Source: Leucoraja erinacea (lineage: Eukaryota). Taken from it: DNA of 64,000 nt. Positions 13,206-25,534 of the stretch are shown here, piece by piece. The notes under the pieces were generated by a model that was not told the DNA's origin, searched no databases, and was given only the letters and a program-made list of their open reading frames with translations. The position numbers were made by a program, and so were the translations under genes. Numbering within the stretch: position 1 is the stretch's first letter; every line of letters begins with the position of its first letter. The stretch is from positions 4,340,001 through 4,404,000 of the forward strand of contig NC_073410.1 in NCBI RefSeq assembly GCF_028641065.1, given 5' to 3'.

Positions 13206-13996
13206 ACACTCTGGCTCTCGATTCCCACTAGCTCAATTCCTACTGAGACATCACTGATATAACATTACTTTGCAGTTAATCAACAGATATGGAAGGACAG
13301 TAAAATACAGCATGGAAACAGAAATCCTTGATGGACATCCAACTTCCTGTTCCAAACATAACATGCACAAATCTTGTCCCCCTGACATCATGGAGCCACT
13401 TTATGACAGCGATGACCACAGCCAATAAATCTCATGAAAATCACAGTCAATGGGCCAAATTATTCCACGTTGCTTTTCTGGATAACTTTACATCTGAGTA
13501 AGCAATTCCTTTCAGGAGAGTGGGAAAACAGTTGAAAAAGATGCAAGAAAGGGCATTGGGTGATAAACGTTGGCTGTGCGAGGTTAATGACAGAGTGGAG
13601 ACTTGTTTTGTTGATGATTGTCTGGATCAACAAAAGGACTGTCTCTACATACAAGCTGCATGCCGAGGTAATTCCTACACCAGGAAAACTGAAATGAACC
13701 TTGGTCAAAGACAATAATGCTTTAAGTACTAAATCACAGGCAGCAATAGGGTGAACCATGCAATTATGAGTTTAATATAGATAGCTAATTTGAAGATTGT
13801 ACTCCTCATTTGGCAAGCATAAGTATATGGGTGGGAATGGAAATTTGCCAGATTTTTGGGGGTACGCAAATGTTTTGTGACCAACGGATTTGTGAGTATT
13901 TACATATTCATGCTCAGATGGTCATGGGGTGGTGGCTGGCGGGAGATTGAGATTGGTTTATTGTCATTTACCCCCTGTGAAATTCCTAGTGTGCAT

Positions 13997-14379
13997 TTTT
14001 CTTCTTCTTCTGTCGTGTATCTTTTAGACCTGCAGCTCCATTGAGGCGAGCCAGGCCAACGTGTCATCGTCCAGGTCAATCAGACCTCGTTCACCATTCG
14101 GTGGCCGGTGTTTGGGGCAACTGGTGACTATGTGCTCCACTGTCTGTGTTGGGTCCCCACACTCGCAGGAGGCGCTGTCCACGAGGCCCCACCTCTTCAT
14201 CGCTACTCCATAGCGTCCGATGTCTGTCCTCAAGCGGTTGAGGGTTGTCCACTGCTTTTGGGGCAAGTCCTGGCTAGGGACGTCCATGGGGTCATCGATG
14301 TAATGGTGTAGCCTAGATGGTTCAGCTGACTACCACTGGTCTCTCCATCTCGTCTTGACCCAGGCGGCCTTGGAAGTGG
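13997..14379 (-). mobile_element. 5'-truncated Vingi/Ingi (I-group)-like LINE
   Basis: WTTLNRLRT..RWGL..CECG..QTVEHIVTSCP (CCHC knuckle), (GAA)n tail, 12-bp TSD CCTAGTGTGCAT (13985-13996, 14380-14391). Confidence 0.8.
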
Positions 14380-14559
14380 CCTAGTGTGCATGAAGCTTAG
14401 GCTATACAAGCTAGACAGCAAGTTCAACAATGAATGCACACAACAAATGCTGAGCAGCAGGATGGTGCAAAGACTGTTGTATAATCTAAGGTAAATCCAA
14501 ACATATGGCAGAGTGGCAACAGTGGAAAAACCAAGTGAGGTATAGTTAAGAGTAAGATT

Positions 14560-14760
14560 ATGGGGCAACATGTACGAGAAAGGAGGAAGAAGAATGCAAT
14601 TGGTTCAAATGGATGAGAGCCATGGAAAGGAAGTTCTTCTTGTGACTGGATTCTGGGTATGCAAGCTCCTGTGTCTTCTCCTTGTAGGTAGAAGAGAGGA
14701 ATGGAGGTGAACAGGTTGGCAGGCTTCCTTGGCGATACATCCAGCCTTCCTGATGCAGAC
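14560..14760 (-). mobile_element. Decayed Rex1/Babar-like LINE fragment
   Basis: SSLLPTRRRHRSL..TSF-like translation resembles the LLPSGRRYRSL motif. Confidence 0.45.
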
Positions 14761-16667
14761 GACTATCAAAGTCTGTGCCCTACTTGTCTTCAGTTGCACA
14801 CTCTTGGACAGACACCTCATAGTTGTCACCTTGCAGACCCTTCCTCATTCTCTCAGAATTTTAACCCTATCATCTCCCTGGCAGAGCCACATCCTCCGAG
14901 GGAGACCGATTCACTTTATCAATCGTATGGAATTAAAGGCAGGTTGCGGAATCACTTTGCTCAACAATTTTGTCCATTTCAGTCAATCATTTTCTGTTTG
15001 AATCAGAATTGATGTTGCTTTTTCATTTTCACATTTCATGGAATCACTTATTATTGACTGTTAATACTCTAATTCCTGAGGAATGTGGATTTTACATGAC
15101 CAGTTTTCTTTCAATTCAGTCAAAGCATGATCCTGTTTACCTGATTGAAGTACCACCAGCTACTGGTTCTATTCCAGCTCCATTTGATGCGGAGCATTGA
15201 TTACATCCTGAGCAAATGCACTTACAAAAAAAAAAAAAATTCTACTAAACCCTTAGTTGCACTAAATAAACGAGGAAGCATACGGGGGAGTCTAGTCTCA
15301 GGCCACCTGTTCTTTACAGTCCACGTTCCCCAGACTTGTAGAGTTTTAAAACATCTGAGATTTCATTCTACTCACACCAACAACATCATAATCATATATT
15401 TATATAGATTATTCTACGAGGCAAAATATCCTGAACAGTTTCACAGAAAAAATAGCCAAACTTCAACAAAGATCCATTTAACATAAACGATATTATTTTT
15501 ACTTCCTGGCTTGTTGCCTTTAAGACCAATTTCATTTGAATGATTAGACTTCCTTGCAACATTACTCTTGCCAGATGCAGCAAATGGCCTTGAGGGAACA
15601 CCATATTCAAAGCTGCATGTGGATAGAGGATAGAGGAAACCCCAGTTCTAAACCATTGATAATTATCCCTTGGTTGGTGACAGTCAAATTGAGGTGCAAA
15701 ACTTCTCATTATTCCTTTCACTCATGAGAATTGAGAGCGGCTGCTTTCTCCATCAGGAATAAATGTAGTTAATGCTCTTTCAACTGTCCTATCATCACTA
15801 TATACATCACATTTTGGGTCACACAGCAAGGAAACAGGCCCTTCAAGCCCATACTGAGCATCACACACCCATTCACACCCATTTTATGCTCCATTGAGTG
15901 TTCGAACATCTCAACCTGAGGAACTCTCCAAGTGGTCCACCTGCAAAGTGAAGCAGCGCTAATGGACCAGGTAACACTTATGCCTCGCAATGCAATGGAC
16001 TCTGTTGAGAAGCTGCAGTGTGCACAGCGGCCGATAATGCACATTTACATCTGTGCACAGCTGGAGGCAGAAAATCCACCCATGACCTCACCTCTGCATC
16101 CAGCTGCTACACTGTTACACCGAGACCAATGGAACAGATCCCAAAGACGTGCGGGGTTGCAGGTTAATAGGTCACTGTAAACTGTGCCAGTGTGAGGGGA
16201 GTGGATGAGAAAGTGGGATACCATAGAACTAGTTGAACATGCTTGCCTTGGACTTGGTGGGCCGAAGGGCCTGTTTCCATGATGCATCTGTCAATGAGTC
16301 AATGAGATGTACTTTGTACCTGTTCCCTAAACTCTCCCAGAGACTCTCCCTGGTGCATCTGAGCCGATATGGTCCCATTTATTTGAATAGGATGATCGAC
16401 TTGGACTGTAAAGATAAGCAAAGATAATTGACTTTGCTTTTTAAGTTGATTTTAATTAATATTTTTAATCCATTTACACAAGGTGAATGTGGTTTTAAAT
16501 GAACATATTATTTTTAAAGTGTTTTAATTAATATTTAATTTTTTTCAAGTTTCTAGCTCTCTCTGCCTATCGGGGACATATAGAAACAAACGAAGGTAAA
16601 GGTCTTTGCGAATGAGAACAGTCCATTGGTCATCAGGGCAGTCTGATGGAGCAGCATAGTGCATCCA

Positions 16668-16795
16668 CTGAAGAAGGGTTTCGGCCCGAAACGTTGCCTA
16701 TTTCCTTCGCTCCATAGATGCTGCCTCGCCCGCTGAGTTTCTCCAGCACTTTTGTCTACCTTCGATTTTCCAGCATCTGCAGTTCCTTCTTGAAA
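16668..16795 (+). mobile_element. Penelope-derived short element starting at an intact minimal hammerhead core
   Basis: CTGAAGA-A-GGGT TTCG GCCC-GAAAC-GTT at 16668-16695; ATCCACT repeated at 16663-16669 and 16796-16802. Confidence 0.75.
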
Positions 16796-16809
16796 ATCCA
16801 CTTCACCAT

Positions 16810-17095
16810 CTCTGCGACCCAATTTGATCCTGACCTTCGGTGCTGTTTATCTAGTTTGCACGTTCTCCCTGTGACTACATGGGCTTCCCCTCCCTGCATC
16901 ATTCCAAAAACACATGGCCCGATTTGTTAACAGGTCACACTGTAAATAGCTCTTGGTGTGCAGGTGAGCAGCAGAATTTGAGAGGAGTTGACGGGATGCA
17001 GGGAGAATAAAATGGGATTAGTGTAAATTTAGCACAGAAGCGTGCATGCTTGGAGGGCTGAAGGGCTCGTTCCCTTGCTGTACGACTGTGACTCT
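16810..17095 (+). mobile_element. V-SINE, diverged
   Basis: Degenerate B box, V-domain (agtttgcacgttctccctgtgac) and CR1-like tail. Confidence 0.7.
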
Positions 17096-17097
17096 AA

Positions 17098-17323
17098 TAC
17101 CCCTGACCCACTTAGGAAACCTGAACGGAAACCTCTGGAGACTTTGCGCCCCACCCAAGGTTTCCGTGCGGTTCCCGGGGATTGCAGGTGGTTGCCAGAG
17201 GTTGCAGGTAGTGGAAGCAGGTAGGGAGACTGACACATACCTCCGGGAACCGCACGGAAACCTTGGGTGGGGCACAAAGTCTCCAGAGGTTTCCGTTCAG
17301 GTTTCCTAAGTGGGACGGGGGCA
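17098..17323. mobile_element. PIF/Harbinger-type MITE with ~80-bp TIRs
   Basis: Near-perfect inverted arms (cccacttaggaaacctgaacggaaacctctggagactttg...), flanked by TAA/TTA. Confidence 0.82.
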
Positions 17324-18406
17324 TTACTTTCCACAAGTTGGCAGAAGGCTTCACCTCACATAACGATCCAAGCATGATTTGAGGAGCCAAGCGCTGGATA
17401 AGGTGAGTGTGACTGTCGACATTGCAAAAAATATAAATGCAAACCACAAAACGGATAACACTTGCTCCGACCAATGTCGTTTACATCATTGTGGTAATAG
17501 ATATATTAAATGCATCTTTTTTTTTTACACAGTCTTTGCACTGGATATTCAACCTCTGTGCACTGTCAACTGTTTGGATTTGGAAGTTTAACGTATAAAC
17601 AAGGATCAGCAAGAATATATACCCTTTGTCTCATAAATGCCACAATGTCACACGGAGGATAAAACGGCGAAGTTTGTCAACAAACAGCAAAAAAATATCC
17701 AATTATGCTCTGCCAGAGAAATCCAATTACCTGCAGGTTTGGACACAGCTGCAGTAATTGGTGATCTGCACTTTTGGTCAGCAGACAATTGGGATGATGA
17801 AGGCAATTAAACACAAAGACTACACATGCCCTGCAGAGGTTATTGTGGCTGCCGTATCAAAGCTCATCAATTTCAAAATAAGACGAATGGAAGCTGCCTC
17901 CCAATCTCTTCAGCCGCGGAGGCAACCAAAATATTAGTGAGGTGATCATAAGGTAAATTATGTCAATGGAATGACAAATGAAGGCTTTGCAAAAAATGGA
18001 GAGGAATAATTACAGGCCCAGAATATAATTGAGCAATTTGATGGTCCTGTACGTGAGCTGTCGTTTTGATGTGAAGTGCTGTCACGGCCTGTAACACTAC
18101 TGGAATCAGACAGGCCTCGTCCACTTTGATCTACGCTTAGGCAAATGAAATGAGGTCAAAATCTGGTCATTAAAATCTCCCTTGTGTGATTAAAGTTTTT
18201 TTTTAAACTTAAACAGGAGATTTAATTTTTTTTTTAAATCAGACGTCGTGAAGCACAAATTGTCAGCACGATAATAAAGAACAGGAGGCAACAAGCTGGA
18301 AAGGTGGACTAACGGGATGAAGATGTTCTTAAAGCTAGGCATAATTCAACAAAAGACCATATCAATTAAATAAGAGAACACATGTACATTTATGCGACTT
18401 GATATC

Positions 18407-18426
18407 GTGTGTGTGTGTGTGTGTGT
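18407..18426. repeat. (GT)n microsatellite
   Basis: Direct observation. Confidence 0.9.
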
Positions 18427-18634
18427 ATATATCGTTTTACGTAGGGATTCGCAGGTTAACAGAGGTGTAAGTAATATTGATAAATATAGGTAGCAATTTT
18501 TCCTGAACTGTTTTTAGTATTTGCATGCAGCAATTAAGAAAGATTACAAGATATCCTTGTACAAACGTTACTAATAAAATAAATTAAAAAAAGAAAAAAA
18601 AAAAGATTACATTGTCTAATTCTGAATATTTTAC

Positions 18635-18758
18635 CAGTTCTTTGGGTTTCACCACTTTCATGAAGACGCCACGAGTGCTTGCTTCTCTTTGTTCTTTTTG
18701 GGTTACCTTCCTTGCATCCAAGAACTTCAGGTTTGGCATCTTATGAAGAATGAAGAAC
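18635..18758 (-). CDS. LRMDA: LRMDA internal coding exon (124 nt): (R)[41 protein letters not shown]
   Basis: Matches LRMDA LRR-cap region ([13 protein letters not shown]...[11 protein letters not shown]). Acceptor ttccttttccag, donor CTG|GTAAAA. In frame with the previous exon across a ~22-kb intron. Confidence 0.94.
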
Positions 18759-19199
18759 CTGGAAAAGGAATCACGAGAGAGGTCTCAGTTAATAACCGTC
18801 ATTCTTCTCCCAGTAGCTGGCCCGACGGGAGAGCTACACCCGATGAAGGAAAACAATATATTAGAAAGAAAGCAGTGGCAAACAGGTCCACACTGGATGG
18901 TACAGAATACACACAGGAAATTGGACACAAAAGATACAAAATGGAACCTGCAAAGAAACCCTTGGCATCAAGCCTCCTTAAAATATGGGGAAAAAAGCCA
19001 TTGAAACGTTGCCTTTATCGACACCAGGACACCCCAAAGGACATTCTTTTCATTGAAGAACATTTGAAGCATGATATTGTGACAATACAGGAACACAGTG
19101 AAGAATCTCTACATAGCAAGAGCCCAGAGCATTGGGGAAAAAAAACAAGATAACAGTTCTGATTGAGGAACAAACAAATACAAAATTAAAAAAATAGTG

Positions 19200-19370
19200 A
19201 ATTCCCTGAGTAGTACCATGGGATGATTGTTCCCTGCCAGAGGAGGAACTTGGAGTTTTTGTTAAGCATCGCGTCCAGAAATCAGACCTCAGACAGTGCT
19301 GTGTGGTCTTGGTACTGCACTGCATGGTTAGTTAATTCAGATCATAAACCACAGCTCTCTGACCCAGACT
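19200..19370 (-). mobile_element. Decayed DeuSINE/SacSINE-like remnant
   Basis: Minus strand resembles the Deu domain (agtgcagtac...cactgtctgaggtc...tcccatggtacta). Similar remnants near 5900-6000 and 54075-54185. Confidence 0.5.
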
Positions 19371-20096
19371 TAAGAAGGTAACCTTAAATCTAACATCAAC
19401 TTCAAAAAGAAAAATATCTAAAATTCTGGTAAGATAACTATTAACAACACAAGTAGGGAGCAAAGTCACATTGCAGATGTAGTTGTAAACTGTTTTATTT
19501 CACAAAACCATGAGCAGTCGAAATTTGACGAGAGTTTGGCTACAAGCAGAATAATACTATAATTTTCCCTGTAATTTGTTGATGAAACGATGTCAGCAAA
19601 GCTTGCTGAGAAGTCACAGCAAGGCTAACACGATACCTGAGGCAGGGAAGGCAACTGTGTCTCCTCATTCCTTTATCAGTTCATATGATGATTAACCACT
19701 CAACTCTCCTTAAACAGGTTGCATATTCTAACATTTGTAGCAAAGAACTGCGGATTAAGTGCAGGTGTATTCAACTTAATAACAGGCAAGGAATACATGA
19801 TATGAGAAATCAGAGTCGGAAAGAAGTAGTCAGCAACAAGTCTTTCAGCCCCATAGTGTTTGCACTGACCATCAAACACCAAAAATCATAAGAGATACAG
19901 TCAGAGCAGTATTAGACCATTCAGCGAATCAAGTCTACTCTGCCATTCAATCATGGCTGATCTTTCTCTCCCTCCTGACCCCATTCTCCTGCCTTCTCCC
20001 CATAACTCTGATGTCGTCCCAGACTAACTCAGCGGGTCAGGCAGCATTTCTGAAGAAAAGGAATCCGTGATGTTTCAGGTCTCGTTCCTGGTTTAA

Positions 20097-20314
20097 GAAG
20101 ACATTATTTTGAGAGGTAATTAGGCCTTTCTGTCAAGCCAGTCATTCCGTCGGATGGGTGTGTTGCCACATGCCTCTGCAGTTTAATTTTGTACTTAAGC
20201 GAGGAACACGTTTGAAGTGGCTGTCTGACGCTGGCAGAACGCCAGGCACCAAGACAACAATCCTGAAGAATTTCTGCTGATTCAAGCTTCTGATTATATT
20301 TAGTTTAAAAACTC
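20097..20314. repeat. Local duplication, copy 1 (non-TE-like block)
   Basis: About 10 mismatches over ~210 nt versus 24291-24510 (manual count). Confidence 0.93.
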
Positions 20315-20315
20315 A

Positions 20316-20822
20316 AGATAGACACAAAGTGCTGATGTTACTCAACAAGCCAGATAATATCTCTGGAGAAGATGGATAGGTGATGTTTTGGGTCGGGACC
20401 CTTCTTCAGCCTTGAAACGTCACCTATCCTTCTTCTCCAGATATGCAGCCTGAGGGGTCACAGTTTAAGGATAAGGGGGAAATCCTTTAAAACCGAGATG
20501 AGGAGAACTTTTTTCACACAGAGAGTAGTGAATCTCTGGAACTCTCTGCCACAGAGGGTAGTTGAGGCCAGTTCATTGGCTATATTTAAGAGGGAGTTAG
20601 ATGTGGCCCTTGTGGCCAAGGGGATCAGAGGGTATGGAGAGAAGGCAGGTACGGGATACTGAGTTGGATGATCAGCCATGATCATATTGAATGGCGGTGC
20701 AGGCTCGAAGGGCCAAATGGCCTACTCCTGCACCTAATTTCTATGTTCTATGTTTCTATGAGTTACTCCAGCATTTAGTGCCTTTATTCAGTGTAAACCA
20801 GCATCTTCACTTTCTTCCTACT
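20316..20822. mobile_element. Penelope-derived fold-back element interrupted by a CR1 3' fragment (+, ~20453-20760)
   Basis: Right arm resumes as tgagttactccagc after the CR1 ctatgttt tail. Confidence 0.8.
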
Positions 20823-21037
20823 CATTTGCACTCATTTTATATTAAATTATTCCACCACTTATAGGCATTGAGAAAAACGTCCAGCTGGTCAAATAACCAC
20901 CCAACCCATTGGTCTTTGGGATATGGGTGGAAACTGGAGAATCTTGAGGATGCTCTCTTATCAGATGAAGAATTTTAAAACAGCACACAATCAACACTGG
21001 AGGGCAGGATTAAACCTAGATTTAGTTTAGACTGATG

Positions 21038-21632
21038 ATAGACAAAAAAAGTTGGAGTAACTCAGCGAGACAGGCAACATCTCTGGAGAGAAGGAATTGG
21101 GGATAATAAACAACAGACCATAGGTGCAGGAGTAGGCCAATTCGACCCTTCGAGCCAGCACCGCCATTCACAGTGATCATGGCTGATCATGCACAATCAG
21201 TACCCCGTTCCTGCCTTCTCCCCTTATCCCCTGACTCAGCTACCTTTAAGATCTCTATCTAACTCTCTCTTGAAAGCATCCAGAGAATTGGCCTCCACCG
21301 CCCTCTGAGGCAGAGAATTCTACAGATTCACAACTCTGTGTGAAAAAGCTTTTCCTCATCTCCGTTCTAAATGGCTTACCCCTTATTCTTAAACTGTGTC
21401 CCCTGGTTCTGGACTCCACCAACAATGGGAAACATTTCTCCTGCCTCTAGCGTGTCCAAACCCTTAATAATCTTATTTGTTTCGATAAGATCCCTCTCAT
21501 CCTTCTAAATTCCAGAGTATACAATGTTTCGGGTCTAGACCCTTCTTCAGACTGGTTAGGGATAAGGGAAACAAGAGATATAGACAGTGATGTGGAGAGA
21601 TAAAGAACAATGAACAAAAGATATGCAAAAAA
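21038..21632 (-). mobile_element. Penelope-derived element interrupted by CR1 (-, ~21115-21522)
   Basis: Arm at 21038-21100 continues at 21523 with gtttcgggtctagacccttcttcag (minus-strand hammerhead-like core). Confidence 0.75.
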
Positions 21633-21633
21633 A

Positions 21634-21902
21634 GTTTAGTTTAGATTAATGTATTGTCATATGTACTGAGTAACAGTAAAAAAAATATTTGTTGCATGCT
21701 ATCCAGATAGCGGAAAATACTATACGTGATTACAATCGAGCCATCCACAGTGTACAGATACAGGGTAAAGGGAATAATGTTCAGTGCTCGAAAAAGTCCA
21801 GCAACGTCCGATTAATGATAGTCCGAGGGTTTGCAATGTGGTAGATGGTAGGTCAGAAATGCTGCCTAGTTGGCGATAGGGTGGTTCAGTTGCCTGATAA
21901 AG
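21634..21902 (-). mobile_element. Rex1/Babar-type 3' UTR fragment
   Basis: Reverse complement of the UTR seen at 7610-7790; (ctaaa)n tail. Confidence 0.7.
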
Positions 21903-22995
21903 GCTTAGAATAAATTGTTGGGGAGAGTTGGCAAGGTCGCTGGAGCTGTGAGATTGACACACTCCTCCTGTGCCATCATACTCGTCAAAGTCAAATGCTG
22001 GACTAGGAATTTTGCATTGTATGCATTTGCAGCTAATACCAGCTTACAAAATGAGAATGCGCTCCGGTTTTAGAAATTACCAGGCAGGAATTCACACATG
22101 TTGGGAAAATGAACGGGAGACTCAAATAAAAAATATTTAATATTCTGTGATGCAATTGGTTCATACATTGCTTACAAGTAAATCATCTACGCTTGAGGGA
22201 GCCAGCGAGACTATTCCTTGAAATAAATGGCAGGTTGTTATTTCTTGGAGAGAAACTTGTGGCTTTCTGTGTCTCATCTCACCTTAAGTGCTGCAGTGAT
22301 TGCACATAAATATCAGTGCCTGCCCATTAGTCTCACCAAGATCTTGACAACAAATTATGGCCCTTTGTGTTCGGTTCAGTCAGTCAGTCACACTCTGCCA
22401 AAAACTACAGTTCTTCAACTACCATTTAGATATAATGGATGTCTTTTTAAAAAGAAACACAAAGAAAATAGTTTTCCCCACAAAATAAATAAGAGTAAAT
22501 GCACTCAATGGATTTCTTGAACCTTTCACTTTAGCTGCAATGTAGTCAAAGTTGGGATTCATATAAAATACAAGGGACCAGGAGAAATCCATTATTGGGG
22601 CTCAACACTTCTACTGCTTTCAGTGAATTCTGTTACTCGATATTTTTATTTCCCAAAGAATCTCCCGTTACTGCGGTCATCATTTCCTTTAACCCCTAAT
22701 TTTATTTGTATATACTGTATTTTCCAGCAAACACTATTGCAGGTAACATACTATTGACTGTAAGCCTGGCTGAGATTGCACAGTCTTACTAAATCTGAGA
22801 TTGAAAGTTTTAATATGTTGGTGACTGTTCCTTAATGAATGGCACAAATGCAAAATATCAAAAGATGCTGGGAATCTGAAATATAGACAGAAAACTCTGG
22901 AAAACAGACAAAGATGCATTTGCGGAAAGGAAAACAGAGATAATATTTTATGATAATATCAAATACTGGACTCAGTGCTTCTTAAACTGGTGAAT

Positions 22996-23569
22996 AATAA
23001 TAATAATTTTAATAAACTTTATTACGGACTCAAGGTCCAGACAAGGGGCAACATTACATAAAAATGCATTGCATATTAAAAAAATATCAGAAAGTACATA
23101 TAAAATCTTAGTATATCACTTATAAAAGCATAAATTATATATTAAAAAAAACAATACATGAATTAAAAATCCAGATTAAAAGAATGATCAATGTCCTACA
23201 ACGAGACAATGATACCAGTGTCTCCACAGCTGGGATTCGTAGCGTGTAGGGCTAACCCTTATGTTTGACAAGGCAACAATAATTACATTTTTAGAGTCAT
23301 TTATCCTGCAAGTGAATTTATACATATGATTTCTTAGGATAGCTTCTAAAGTACTGACTCCTGCAGTCACAAACATGTTACTAGCACTGCACCATCTAGG
23401 TTTCCTTAGCAGTGTTCTCATGGCATCATTATATGCCACCTTTAGTCTCTGCAAACTTGTCTTTCCATAGTTTGACCACAGGTGCGCAGTGTAGAGTGGT
23501 GTGCAGTGTGCTCCAAATAGCGACATCTTCACCACATCTGCACATGCACCAAATTTACGCAAGGGAATG
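22996..23569 (-). mobile_element. 5'-truncated RTE-X-like LINE
   Basis: Open frame LF..CTPLY..LW...LKVAYNDAMR.LL..PRWCSASNMF; AATAAA and (TAT)n tail; GGTGAAT on both flanks. Confidence 0.75.
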
Positions 23570-23779
23570 ATTCACCCAAGGGTGAATTAAATTATTTTGG
23601 GGTGAATTAAACTACAGGGGTGAATAAAGGGTGAATTACTTAATTTATTCAGATATAATACATAAGGTAGAATAAGAGGAAAATTACCAAAAAACATAAG
23701 ACAATTTAGTCGAGGGTGACTGCAATTTTGTGATAAAGACTCAAGGGGGAATGACACTGAAATAGTTTAAGAGGCACTG

Positions 23780-24070
23780 CACTGGAGGATACAGGTTCAA
23801 GGTGAGGGGCAAAATTGAAAGGAGATGTGCGGGAGGAACAATTATCTTTACAGAGGGTGGTGAGGGCTGGAAGAGTGAGGGGGTGGAGGTGGAAGCAGAT
23901 ATGTTAGTGGCATTTAAAAGAGTTTTGGATAAACTTATGGACGTGCAGTAAATGGCGGGGTGTGGATTATTTACAGGGACATAAGAGTGATTTTGGCATC
24001 ATGTTGGGCACAGACATGGTGGGCTGAAGAACCTGTTCCTGAGCTGTACTGTTCTATGTTCTATGTTATG
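23780..24070 (+). mobile_element. Older CR1 3' fragment
   Basis: aaggtgaggggc..ggagatgtgc..cagagggtggtg..tgttctatgttctatg tail. Confidence 0.78.
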
Positions 24071-24290
24071 CTGATGGCCCAACGTATTTACTCTTTTTCC
24101 CTCCCCACAGATGCCGAGTATTTCTGGCACTGTCTGTTTTATTTACTGTCACGAATATGTCACACCTCAATACCAGGCAAGCCATGAATAAATTCCGCAA
24201 AACTTAATTCCATTTCGTTCTCATCTTGTTCACCGCCGTGAATTGGTGGATCAAAATTTTTGAGAGAAATAGGGAGAAGCAGTGGTTTGG

Positions 24291-24510
24291 GAAGACATTA
24301 TTTTGAGAGATAATTAGGCCTTTCTGTCAAGCCAGTCATTCTGTAGGATGGGTGTGTTGCCACATGCCTCTGCAGTTTAATTTTGTACTTATGCGAGGAA
24401 CACGTTTGAAGTGGCTGTCTGACGCTGGCAGAACGCCAGGCACCAAGACAATGATCTTAAAGAATTTCTGCTGATTCAAGCTTCTGAGTACATTTAGTTT
24501 TAAAATTCTC
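24291..24510. repeat. Local duplication, copy 2
   Basis: Direct repeat of 20097-20314 at an offset of 4194 nt. Confidence 0.93.
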
Positions 24511-24720
24511 GACACAAAGTGCTGGAGTTACTCAACGGCACAGGCAACAACTCTGGAGAAGATGGATAGCATAGGTGACATTTTGGGTCGGAACTCTTCT
24601 CCACACCCGAAACTTCACCTGTCCTTCTTCTCCAGAGATGCTGCCCGACCCGTTGAGTTACTCCAGCACTTTGTGTCTATATTTGGCCTAAACCAGCATC
24701 TGCAGTATCTTGTTTCTACT
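24511..24720. mobile_element. Penelope-derived fold-back element
   Basis: Inverted arms gacacaaagtgctggagt(t)actcaac / gttgagttactccagcactttgtgtc. Confidence 0.78.
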
Positions 24721-24949
24721 TTTAAAACTCAGCAGTCCTCTCCAGTGGTTTGACACATGCTGGTTGTGTAAGAAGGAAGGAGGGAGGGAGGGGAGGGAGG
24801 GGAGGGCAGATGATTTCAGGAACTCTGCGATGGCAGTGTTTGCCACCTGCAGTTTACAAAATTAACAAGAAAAAAATCCAAACGGAAGATGGAATTCAGA
24901 AAAACTTTACCAAAGGATGAATGCTATATGGCTCATAAAGTGTTTATAT

Positions 24950-25250
24950 GTACAGTGGTGCAGCTGGTAGAGCTGCTGCCTCACAGCTCCAGAGACCCAG
25001 CTTTGATTCTGACCTTAGGTGCTGTCTGTGCGGAGTTTGCACGTTCTCTTTGGGACAGTGTGGGTTTCTATGGGTGCTCCGGTTTTCCCCCACATCCCAA
25101 AGTTGTGCGGGTTTGGAGATTATTTGCCTTCTGTAAATTGCCCCGAGAGTGTAGGGAGTGAATGGGAAAGTGGGGGAACAGAGCGATTGTGAACGGGATG
25201 GTTGGCATGGTCTCTGGGCCGAAGGGCCTGTTGCCTTCCTACAGCTTTCA
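24950..25250 (+). mobile_element. V-SINE (HE1-like)
   Basis: tRNA-like head, V-domain, gggccgaagggcctgtt tail. Confidence 0.85.
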
Positions 25251-25534
25251 GTCAATCTATGCCATAAACATGATTCTTAAACCATTGCTGACCAAAACCT
25301 TAGTGAAAGCAATTAGTCAATTTTAATAAAGACTGTAAATAAAATATCTTCCCTGCTGCATAATTGACAGTTCAAATTTCTCCAGATGTTCTGGAAACCT
25401 AATCATGCACATCTAAGGTTCCACTCATGCAACCAACATTTATGGTCATTTATTCAATATCATCCTGAACGGGTTAGTTTGTTGTGCTTGATTTTACTCC
25501 AATGGAGGATCTTTAGAAGTTTAACAATGATAAA

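Noticed and set aside
13460-13759. Minus-strand ORF containing SPER, as a possible next LRMDA exon
   Set aside because: Lacks the YTPLP motif and convincing splice sites.
17098-17323. Pre-miRNA-like long hairpin and mirror-image ORFs
   Set aside because: Explained by MITE terminal inverted repeats.
18689-19153. 154-aa plus-strand ORF
   Set aside because: Partly antisense to the real LRMDA exon, non-ATG start, no recognisable domain.
23570-23640. Repeat-spacer pattern resembling a CRISPR array
   Set aside because: Repeats are 8 nt with irregular short spacers in a vertebrate intron, with no cas genes; better explained as a junction scar.
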